Below, piece after piece: positions 50,282 through 61,375 of a DNA stretch of 64,000 nt. The position numbers and the translations under genes were made by a program. Position 1 is the stretch's first letter; every line of letters starts with the position of its first letter. The notes under the pieces were generated by a model that was not told the origin of the DNA, did not search any database, and saw only the letters and a list, made by a program, of their open reading frames with translations. The stretch is from Eukaryota sp. GEM-RC1 (Eukaryota), in NCBI GenBank assembly GCA_040285855.1, contig JAUFOQ010000003.1:620001-684000 (forward strand), read 5' to 3'.

Positions 50282-50366
50282 GACCACCGCTCCCTCTTAA
50301 TACTGATGATAAGAAGAGACTTGAACTCAGGTAAGTGATTGTAATCACTACATTTTCCCACATCTC

Positions 50367-50694
50367 ATGTTTCCAAATCCTGTTATTGTTGTTAGAGCTT
50401 CTGGTACTAGCTAATTGTATTGTGTATCAGATTCGCATCATCAATGATTCTTCTGATGTTCAATATCTTTATCACTCCTCAACAGACAAGTACTGGGAAT
50501 CCCCTCCACCAGAGAAACTGGATCCTAGGGCTTCTGGAAACATCATTACTTCTGGGACTGTCAACACTGTCGTATATCGGTGTTATAACAAGGAAGCTAC
50601 GATCAATTTCGGCCGTGATGCCTTCCAGTGTTTATCTTGTGGACCGATCAGATTCATTTCACCCACTTCTTGGAGAATACACTTACGATGTTAA
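50367..50694 (+). CDS. Small putative secreted Cys-containing protein (needs a 1-nt correction after the ATG)
   Basis: ATG TTT (C)CAA ATC gives MFQILLLLLELLVLANC signal-like start followed by ~90 aa open frame. Confidence 0.4.
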
Positions 50695-51837
50695 CCAATC
50701 TCGTTGCTTGGTTTGGATTGTGTAGTTGGTGTAGCTTGGTGTATATATATGATACATAAAGAAATACATCTAGATCTCCAAGTTACTCGGTGAAAAGCTA
50801 CTCGCTTTCAAAAAGTATAAACAGGAATACAGTACTGTGTTTATTATTACATTTGATTGAATTAAATTCAAGTACAGTATCAGAACTGCGGAAAAGGAAA
50901 TGTGGTTGGTCGTTTTGAAAATTTGCGAAATTGAGAATGATTCTTATTGCGGTTTAGACAACTATTCAAAAAGGTTCACAACCCTCCGGGCTTGGTATGT
51001 AAATAATACAAAAGCCAGTATTGCAGGGATTACCTTCAAGAAATCGGAACACTGAGAGACAGAAAGGCCATGGATTCTGACCTGTGTGAGACTTCATCAG
51101 TATATCCATACAGCACTTCATGGTTAAATTTTGTGATTAAATATCAGTAATTATTGCAGACCAACCTGAAAAGAAGCATTTCATATGTTTTGGCTGTGTT
51201 TGTTTTGTCATTAATTCTACAAGAATCGTTATCAGTTCGTGGTAGTGCATTTTGTCATTTCACAAGTTGTGACAAATGCTGTGGTTCTGAAATGTACTAT
51301 TAGTGTAGTCAATAATGCCCGAAGAACTCGTTGAATAACAAAGAGAATGTCAAGCTGGAGGGTTGGAAAGTGGTCCAGTTTTATTTGTTGCACACTGGAA
51401 AAAAAGTGAAAATTAAAAACTTTATGTCTGTCAATCTTATAACAAGAATTCAACAGCAAACGGGTTTGAACTTGTTACTCCGTTTTATAGCTTATCCTCC
51501 TCAGCCAAATGTTTGCCCCAAAAAGTGACGATCCTGCGCGGACACACCAGCATCTAACCAAAATCTGTAATCGCCACAAAAAAATGGTGACGGTACAATA
51601 CTTTACAATAAAATTCTCAGTACAATCTAGAAGTAGATCATGATAATATATTCTATTTCTCTAACCAAAACTAAAGTTAATTTTACAAAAATGAATTGTA
51701 TTCATTCAAAGTGGTTAATAAATTAATGAAAACAGAACATTTATGTGAAACCACAGAACTCATCAAAATTAACAATATTCAGATTTTCTAAAACAAACTA
51801 TTAATCTACATATAACTTAACTAAGAATCTACCCAAA

Positions 51838-53257
51838 TCAACTCGAAATCTTTTGTCTCATTTGGTGGAAGAATCTAACTGACAAATATATAGCAACAGC
51901 AAAATGCAACGCCTCCAAAAGAAACACTAGCCCGGCTCCAAACCTTTGAAAGACAAAGGCACTCCATATAGGTGTTACTAACAGTGAGACACTTTGAATT
52001 GACATTAGCCAACCCATAGCAGTACCTTGCTTCCGAAGGAGGTAGAATCTGAGAGTAGACAGAGATTAAAAGAGTCTGGGTACCCGGATAACAGAGGCAA
52101 ACAATGATGAGTGTAAGGAAAAAGATAGGTTTTGGAACGTAATTCCGACTAATTAGAGCTACTGCAGCAAATAACGAGAAACCAATAAAACAGACAATCA
52201 TTCCAATAATCATAATTGATCGATCATATGTCGATACTTGTGATTCTTTGAATTCGTCTTTTAGACTTTGAAGCTCAGACGCATCAACACCAAGCGACGG
52301 CTCATCATTTTGACCAACACGACGATGAAAAGAAGCAGCATTTTGACCCAGTGACGTCACCACTGCCGGCATCTTCAATTCCTCCATCTCACCTTCCACA
52401 TCATACAGATCTGGTCTCAACCTCCTCATTACCTCGTCAGTAGGTGTTCTTTTCCTATATATACTCGTAACTTTCTGAAGAAACACGTATCCAACTATAC
52501 AAATCACAGCACTCCCTGCAAACATCAACCCAGTCTCAGACACTCCCCAATGGTAAGTGGTCATGACAAAAGGAGAAGCCACAGCTTGAATGACAGCATT
52601 GACAGTAGAGAGAATGTAGTTGAGGACGAGAAAGACAAGTACGATCTTAGTAAAAGAACTAGAAGAGGAGTCAGCCTCAATGTCTTCGCTATCAGTCCGT
52701 TCTTCTTTGAAGAGACAGATTAAGAGAAAGAAGGCTACAGAGAATAAAAGAACACACATCCAAGCAGGGGCTGTGGATTCATCAATGGTAATCCTACCGC
52801 CAATGTGGATGTGGATTCGAGAGAAGACAATGGAGAAAGCGGGTCCAAGAACCATACCTAAGATTTGGAGACCATTGACTAGAGCATTGGCTGTAGTTCG
52901 TTGTGAGGTGGAAGTCACTTCACTGACGTAAGCGCGAATGATAGCTATGGATCCAGATCCAAGACCAAGAAAGAAACGAGAGAAGAGAACAGACCAAACG
53001 TTCCAAGCAAAGGCGTATAAGACATTACAAGCGAGACAGAGTATCATAGCAAAAGATAAAGACTCTTTTAATGTACGACGGTTGAACCAGTATCCCAGTA
53101 GAGGTCCACCAATGAAGGTTCCAGCAGAGAAAGATGCAACGATGATGCCATAGTCGAATTCAGAAGCACCAAGATTTTCTACAAACTGCCACATTGACGG
53201 CATAGTAAGAGAGAATGCCAATCCATCCAAAAAGACGACAAAAAGAACGATAAACAT
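51838..53257 (-). CDS. MFS transporter, MFSD8/CLN7-like; 1-nt frameshift near 52033
   Basis: PSMWQF, GPLLGYWFNRR, SRFFLGLGSG, RAYVSEVT, TAPAW, YSQIL; frame-corrected tail QGTAMGW...QKISS*. Confidence 0.88.
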
Positions 53258-53314
53258 GGATATCGATAATGGAATTGAGCGGCGTGTCTGAGATCTAGGT
53301 TGAGGAATTTGTTC

Positions 53315-53698
53315 CAGTGTTCGAAATGTGTCGGACACGTTCGTTTTGTTTTTGGACACGTGTGCGGTTCGGAAACGTGTTTCACACGTTCGTTTTGTTT
53401 TTGGACACGTGTGCACCTTTTGTTCTCAAGAAGTAGAGGTACTTTATTTTGTCACTAGTCACTACATATAAGATAAGGATTCTATATCACATCGTCCTCT
53501 GAGTCTTCAACGTCAGTTACATCGTCAATGTCATCTTCATTAGAATTTGTTGAGAGCCAGTCATCTTGAAATGAGGGGAGAGTGAGAAATCTTTTAAAAA
53601 AAGGAATTGTTGAATTCACACCGTTCGGACACGTGTGCGGTTCGGAAACGTGTTTCACACGTTCGTTTTCTGAATGACACGTGTGTTTTCGAACACTG
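53315..53698. mobile_element. hAT-type MITE, 384 bp
   Basis: TIR CAGTGTTCGAAA / TTTCGAACACTG, perfect 8-bp TSD ATTTGTTC, subterminal GACACGTGTG/CACACGTTCG repeats. Confidence 0.92.
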
Positions 53699-54641
53699 AT
53701 TTGTTCAATCATAACATTCAATGTGTACATTGCATTGCATAGTGCCTTTAATCTTCTGGGCGATATCCAAAAGAGTGCTCCTAAATCTATACATATTCAT
53801 TAACTCAAGTGTAACTTGAGTCTATTACATTCTATAAACATAATTTTTGAAGAAAGAAATATCTCGGCCAATGAATTAAACTTTATTTTGAAAAACTACG
53901 ACTCGTTATAAAAGATGGAATTTATGTACACCTTTTATTTGGGTGAAAAATAGGAAACAAGTCACATCCGAAATGAGGTTGAAAGCAGCACTTTTCCAAA
54001 AGAAATGTAAACTGACTTATCGTCCTGATCCTACTACAAGCGACTTGAAAAATATACTATTTATAAATTTCACTTTACTTGTATTGGTATCCTTTGTCTG
54101 TTTTTATCTCAATTTTTTTTGTATCTTTTGTCTTTGATTAATCAATTAATTATCTGAAAACCTTCCCTATATTTTTTTGTGTGACATAAATTACTCACAC
54201 AGTATTGTTTAAAACACCTAGTTAAAAATTAGACTTAAATCTAATTTACACACATGTTAACAGCAAAGGTAGCATCTGTCATCGATTTCTTGATAAATTA
54301 GAGTTCTTGTTAATTACCTCTAACTCTGGAAATGGGTTCAGCGACGGTAGAGTCAAAATTAAATTGCCATGAAAATTGACAAGCCGCGTTTTTTTGTTGG
54401 TTCCTAGAAATCTAGCAATTCAGATGAGAAGATTATTTAGTTTGAAAGAAAAATGTTGGATTGTCATCATTGTAGAACAAGTCTGTGAAGATCAATAACA
54501 CCCCGCTACTGAAAATAATTGAATATGCAATTAGATTAAGAAAACGGGGTGTATGACCAATCAGTGAAATAAATGCATTTGCAGAAGTTAATAAGATTAG
54601 ATTTTGAATGATGAAGAAATTGAAGACAAAAGAGGTAACAA

Positions 54642-56920
54642 CAGTGATGCGAAATAAATTAATTTAATTATAATTAATTGGATTAATTCCCTAAGAATTA
54701 ATTAATTCTAGCCGCTTAGAATTATAATTAATTAATTGTTACACCTTAGAATTATAATTAATTAACGGCAATTACTAGAATTAATTTTATAATTCCCTTT
54801 TCTTCACCTTATGTCGTCTTCTCCAACTCCCAAAGAGATAGCCTTGTTCTTTTTTACCTTTGTTGAACCACAGCCCGATTGAAGTGAAACAACATCTGCC
54901 TGACCGAATGTAAACAGAAATGATTGATGAAATGACTTCAATATTTGACCAGCTGAACTCAATTACAAAGAAGTTGCAAGTTTCAGAAGTTCCTCTACAC
55001 AAGGCCAAGAGAATGTTTGACGTTCTACATGAGGTATATCCAGCTATGCGATCTTACACATGTTATAGCCCGGCATCACCAATCTTTGAGTCCCCCGACT
55101 TTGAAAATGGAGTAATCAAGATACTTGAAGGATATGAGAGAGAACTCACTGATGCAGAAAAGGCATCAGTCAGTAAACTGAAAAGAATTCCTCCTGTACT
55201 GAAAATTAAAATGAAAACAATGCTCATCTTGTCAAGAGCTTCAACGAAAAACTTGATGACGTCGATACTGCTCCAAAAAACACTGCTTCGGAATACTTAG
55301 ACTTATCATTTATTCCATCAACTTCTAACCAGGTGGAAAGACTATTCAGTCGTGCAAAATTAACTCTTGGTATTTCTTCTTATTTATCTAATTATAGGGC
55401 AGCTAAGAGGACGTATACAATCAAAAACCTTAGAGAAACAATTGTTTCTTTTATACAACACTGATTCTTGGAACTTGGATTGAGTCAAATCAATTGTGAG
55501 TAAGAACCCTCATCAGACAACAGGATTAAATTCGGCCGAGCTTGTTATAGATGTCGATTCAGAATGATAGTATGTTGATTTTTGTCGTGTGGTAATAAAG
55601 AATTAATTGTAATTTATTGCAATTAATTAATTGTATGTCTGAAGAATTAAAATTAATTAATTGTTGGCGTGTAGAATTAAAATTAATTAATTGTTGGCCT
55701 ACGGTTTCCCTTGGATGGAATCAATCTGTTGAATTCCAGTAATTGCCGTTGGATTCAATCTGCTAAAGATTTGGTATCATCTTTGTCTCCTGAAATATGG
55801 GAATCTTTGTTCCCTGCTCATTTGAAGGAGACTCCTTTAAAAATATTTCATCTCTACCATCTGCTGTATGTAAGCTGCAAAATAAATTGACAAGGAGTTT
55901 GAACTCTTGGACTTTAATAATCGTATTAGCTTGGCTAAAACTAATAGTCCCGAGTTCGCTGCTTTTTTAATCGATCTTTGTAATAGTGGACCTTCTGGAT
56001 TTATTTCTCAAATTCCAAAGGTGTATGGATTACATCTATCTGATGAAGCTTGGATGATCAATATGCGTCTTCGTTTGGCTATTTGGCCTGCAAATTTATT
56101 AAACTATTCACCGTGCTCTTGTGGAGCTAATGGTGTTTTTCGTCATTTAATTAATTGTCGTTATTTTATTCATCTCCGTGCAGTAATTCATGATGGTGTT
56201 CGTGATTCTTGTTATTCCATGTTTAAAGCACATGGTTTTCACTCTAAAGTTGAACCAGTTTTGAATCATCTTTCAGAAAATGAATTTACTGATCAAAAAG
56301 GGGGATCTACATACTCCGTGGCTTAAATCGAGTCAATCATTAATGGATTTTACTACAGTAGATGTATGTAACAAATCTTGTGTTAGTAGGATATTAGATT
56401 CTCCTTTTAATCCATTAACAGCAGCTGAAAAGCTCAAACACTCCAAGTATGACTCTCAAGTAGAAGAATTAAATAGAAACTCATATTCCAAATTTGTGTT
56501 TCAACCTTTTGCTGTTTCTCTTTTTGGATCTATTAGTCCTGCTGGTGATCAATTTTTCCAGGATTTCGAAGAATTGTGTAAAGAAAAGAAACGTAAGTTT
56601 AGAATGGCTGAATGGAAAAACCGTATAGTGTTTTCCATATATCGGAATATGCCTTTCTATTTCTCTAGATTAATCGAGAAATTGTACAAGTTTGGTGTGA
56701 AGGTTAATGTTGATAAACGTAATCTTTTACCGGGTGGTGATGAAGTCGTTTGGATTTAATCTTAGTATTATTTGTTTGTTTTTACAATTTCATAGTTTGT
56801 AGGAAGGTTACCTTATTGGGTGCCGAATAAACATCATTGTTGGCCTGTAGAATTAAAATTAATTAATTGTTGGCCTGTAGAATTAATAATTTAATTTAAA
56901 TTAATTTTTTCGCATCACTA
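54642..56920 (+). mobile_element. hAT family D element with transposase 3' remnant and a nested non-LTR insertion
   Basis: TIR CAGTGATGCGAA / TTCGCATCACTA; flanks GGTAACAA / AATAACAA; YLDLSFIPSTSNQVERLFSRAKL..QLFLLYN dimerization motif at ~55290-55470. Confidence 0.8.
55701..56835 (+). mobile_element. 5'-truncated CRE-like non-LTR retrotransposon nested in hAT subterminal repeats
   Basis: CSCG..HLINC..HDGVRD, KGDL..MDFTTVD..EKLKHSKY, PFAVSLFG; 11-bp TSD ATTGTTGGCCT (55690-55700, 56836-56846). Confidence 0.85.
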
Positions 56921-56945
56921 AATAACAAGTACTTGACTACATACA

Positions 56946-59383
56946 ATGATGGCGACTTCTCTCCGTGACTATCGTCTTAAACCTACTCCAGAATCGACTA
57001 AAACCTCAAAGGTTCACCAATACACATCAAATTTCTGCTTCACGTCCGATCGTGCGTGTAGTCAGCTTTACTCCTTTCAAGAAAGAAACCTACTCACTGA
57101 CGCTGTCATTGTTTATGATGGGATTCACTTCCACTGTCATTCTTCCATAATCAGCGCTTTCAGTCCTGTTCTAAAGGAGAAGCTTCTTCAGTCTTCTACT
57201 ATAGAAATCTCTTTATATTCTTTCCTCACAGATCCTGAGCTTTTCATCTCAATACTCAAATCTTTCTATGGTCAACCTCTTCCTGTTACAACTCAATCTG
57301 CTCCTATACTTTCCTTAATAGCTTCTCTTCTTCAATTCCAGGAGTTAAGTGAGTTTGTCATTGATAGAATGACTAAAGGGTTTGGTAACTATGACACCAA
57401 CAATTTTAAATTGGATCCGAAAGTTCTTTTTTCAAAGTTTTTAGAATGTTGTTCCCGAGATGTACGTGTTACTTACAAAAACAGCGATATTATGATGAAT
57501 TCTCTCATATTAGCATTATTTTCTAGGACTTATTCAACTTCTTTTACATGTAACTTTGCAGATTCTGCAGTTAGAAATTTTAAGTATCTTGATGAATTTC
57601 CTGGTGTCACAGGAAATAATCTTCAATTGTTTTTCGATTTATTCCATTGTAAATCCATTAAATTGAATATTTCAAATGTTCTGGATTTTTTCCAGTTATC
57701 TGTTTATTTTCAAGTAGATGAGCTTAAGTTGAGTTGTATAGAGTTTCTGGCCAGTAATAGTTTTTCTGAAACAAAATTGATTTATTTATTGAAGATTTCA
57801 AATGAACGATATCAGCTCAATTTCGTTGAAAACAACATTGAAATTTTCAAAAATCTTTCCAATATTTCCGAAGAACCTTTTCCATTAAGATCATCTTTCA
57901 TAGTTTTGCTACTTTCATCTATTGATATTGTTTGGTTATTCAGATGCTTAATGGAACTTCACAAAGTTGATCCATTTATACCCTCAGCATTGTCTGAAAT
58001 ATTAACCACGTCGATACTTCCTGATTTTCACTTGATTCGTATATTTGAAATTTTGAAACCTCTTTTTCAATACCGACAGTTTAAGTCAGTTTTAGTCGAA
58101 TGGTCAATTAAGATTTTCCAAAGTGTTCAAAATTTTGAAATAATTACAACATCCTGGTTTTTTTCCATTTTAAAAGAAGTCGATCGAAATCGTTGTTTTT
58201 CCAAATATTTAAATTTTCTTTCTGATACTTTCGCCTCTGTTATTTCTCCATGCTGTCAGGACGATCACCTCAATTATTGCTTCTCTCCTACTTGTCTTGA
58301 ACTTCTTTGCTCAAAACTTCCTTGTGATTATTGTTTATGGTTAGCAAGAAGCCTTGTGAATTCCTGGAAGAATTCTGAAGAATTCAATCATTCTTGGTCA
58401 GTAGATTCGTTTGTCAAATGCGTAGAATCTATTACTATTTTGGGCGTGAACCAGCTGAAGTTTTTAAAAATCTTACAAGATTTAATTGATGACGATTTAC
58501 TGAAGTTGTTCTTAAATACTTACTTAGCAAAGAATTCCCTTGACTTATTGTTGTCACGTGAAGACCAGCTCAAAGTCTTCATGGGTCTTGCTGATCCAAT
58601 TGAGGAAAGAGCTCAACGATTGTTTGAATCTGGTCTTGATTTCTTAACCGGGAATGTTGTGAATCAAAATTTTAAAATTGCTCTAGGTTTATTTGAAGAA
58701 GCGGCTCTTTTACATCACAGTGAATCGATTTTCAAATTAGGAAGTTGTTATTACTTAGGTTTGGGTGTTGAAAAGATCTTGAAAAAGCAGCGGAATATTT
58801 TAAAAAATCTGCTGAATTAGGAAGTGTTCATGGTATGTTGAATTTAGGATGTTGTTATAGTGAGGGTGAAGTGGTAGTCATGAATGACGAAGAGACATTT
58901 AATTGGTTAAAAAGGGCTGCAGATTTAAATAATTCTGAAGCTTTGGCCGTGATAGGTTTGTGTTACTGTGAACAGGATAATCCTGAAGAAGCAATTAAGT
59001 TTGTGAGAAGAGCAGTTGAATTGGGGAATCCTTTGGGTATGTCTGCTATGGCATATATTTATGGTCTCAAAAGTGACATGGAAAAAGCAATGAAGTATTT
59101 TTCAATGGCGGTTGATGGTGGATGTTCCTTGGGGATGTGGGGATTGGGTTGTGGTTATATTGAGGAATCTTGTTCTGAACTAGAACAAAACCCTATTAAA
59201 GGCTTTGAATTACTTCAAAAGTCTGCAGAATTGAACAACACTGATGCGATAGACGCACTTATTAAGTATTATGAGTCGATTACGTTCAAAGATTTAAAAA
59301 AGAAGAGTTATTGGGAGCAGAAGAAGAAAGAATTGGGTGATTGTCGTCCTACAGATAGGTTGAAAAGACGAGGTTTGATATAA
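56946..59383 (+). CDS. Tandem BTB/POZ domain protein with C-terminal Sel1-like repeats; frameshift near 58790
   Basis: LTDAVIV..FHCHSSIISAFSPVL; second BTB DVRVTY..NSLILALFSRTY..YFQVDELKLSC; Sel1 repeats (SIFKLGSCYYLGLGVEK, AMKYFSMA, GFELLQKSAE) continuing in ORF 58835-59383. Confidence 0.8.
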
Positions 59384-61375
59384 ATTTGATGTCCAATAAA
59401 GTGTTTTGTAATTGTACTACAAGGACATTCAATTTCTTTGCCAATTCTAGTTGATAAATCTTTGCAAACGTCGTATGAAAACAATATTGCATTTCCAATA
59501 TTACAGTACATATCCAGTACATATCGTTGAGGTCCTAATACAAGGAACCTTAAAAACTATACAAGCATAGCCTTAACTACTAGTATGATTGTATTAAGGT
59601 CCTTTAAATCCCTCTTTTCTATAATCAAAGAATATTCTTGATAAGTACCCCAACATTGAATTTGATAATGTATAATTTCAATCAGTAATCTTTTAGGTAT
59701 CTTTGTCAATGAAAGATACCTAGATAGTTTAGTAATCCATTGAAACACTAAACATGCATATGCTACTGTATCAATTTCTTGATCAGACAAGAGTGGCTTT
59801 AAGTTTAATTGATATCTGGCATAAAGAAGGCGTCACTTCCCTAAGACCACTGTCTCTATATTAAACTTTTAGAATTGTAGAGACAATTGCGAAAGTTCAT
59901 TGTTCCAATACATGTACTAGTACTTCCTATAACTATAACAATTTCTACCTTCTCTACTTGTCTGTTAGAATTTACAGTAATTGTTAGCATTGTAATCTCC
60001 GTATATAACTGCAGTTTCTATATCTACACAATAGATAGCACAGAGACTGTAAAAAACCTGATTGTAATCGTACCTCTTAGCGCAACAATGTTTCCACTAG
60101 TAGTGTGTATTACTAAAACACTGTGGTGACTCTGTAACAGTACTGGAAAGGCTTCATGTTTTTGGATTATTGAATACTAGTGTATTAACTGTGGATAATA
60201 GACTCCCTTGTAAACGACGACATCGAAGAGCTAACACTTTGAATGTGCTTAAAATGTGGTGTTTGCAATAGCAGCTTTTTCGACACCGGTTTAATGTGAG
60301 CCAAAGGTATTAGTATAGTTACATAGTGTTGCCGTAAGGTCAACGTTGATAAGAAAGAAGAGTTTATTGTATAAAGAAATCCTTAAGACTAAGTGACACG
60401 TCATCAGATGTGAAGATATCTACTAGGTATCGCTATCTTCACTAACAATAGTCAGTATAATTCTTTTTTTAACTTTCCCTTTCCCTTTGTACTGAAGGTA
60501 TCATTAATATAACAAAAGGATGAGATATAGATGTATCTGATTTAATCAAACACGAAAACGACAACAAGTAACAAAGTTGTATTTCAATAGTCTTGGTCTA
60601 TTTTTGGTTCTGTTGGTGAATTGGTGCAGCAAGTTATTTGATACAGAGCCACGCTTATAACAACACATTTTGCATACACAACCTGTGTGCAATCATACTG
60701 AGTGGACACTAGTAATTGAAAACTATAGAAATTAGGGCGAACCGTCTCACTGAGGTTTTAGATCGAAATCCATGATTGTTTAAAAAAACTTTGAGTTTAT
60801 TAAGGGAAACAATACAAGAATACCCTCTGCTATGCTTGTACTGGGCCCTTGCTTCTATTAGGACATCGACGATATTGCCGCTCTTTGAGGTGGAACAATA
60901 TATATTGTTACAAAATTGCGTTAGTGTCAATCTACTTCCAGTTGTTCACTTCGTTGTTGTGCTTCACCATTTGACTTGCAAAACCAGTTTTGTTGCCTTA
61001 TGTGTATAAATAGTGAGAGGTTGTGTTATCTATAATGATGTCTAGTTGTTGTATTGTCATAATGTCTGTCATTTGAGCTCAGTTCGAGTGTTTACTGAAT
61101 TACAATGTAAATACTTTCCGTCACACTTCTTTGACTCTACATTGTCATAATTTCTTCTAATGAATGAAGATATCGACAATATTATTGAGAGCATTTTGGA
61201 TATGTTTGATGATGATGGAATAGAAGAACTTGAGATTAAATTCAGTAATTTTCTAACTCAATGTCTTCAACAAAAATAATAAAATAAAAAAATAAATAAT
61301 TAATTCGGCGACTTTCTGCAGTGTACAACTTCACTAGAAGTCTTCAAAAATATATAAATTTATTATAAGCAAGGA

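Noticed and set aside
53258..53416. N-terminal extension of the MFS ORF (MHTCPKTK...)
   Set aside because: Starts at a non-ATG codon inside the hAT MITE; the likely start is ATG 53257
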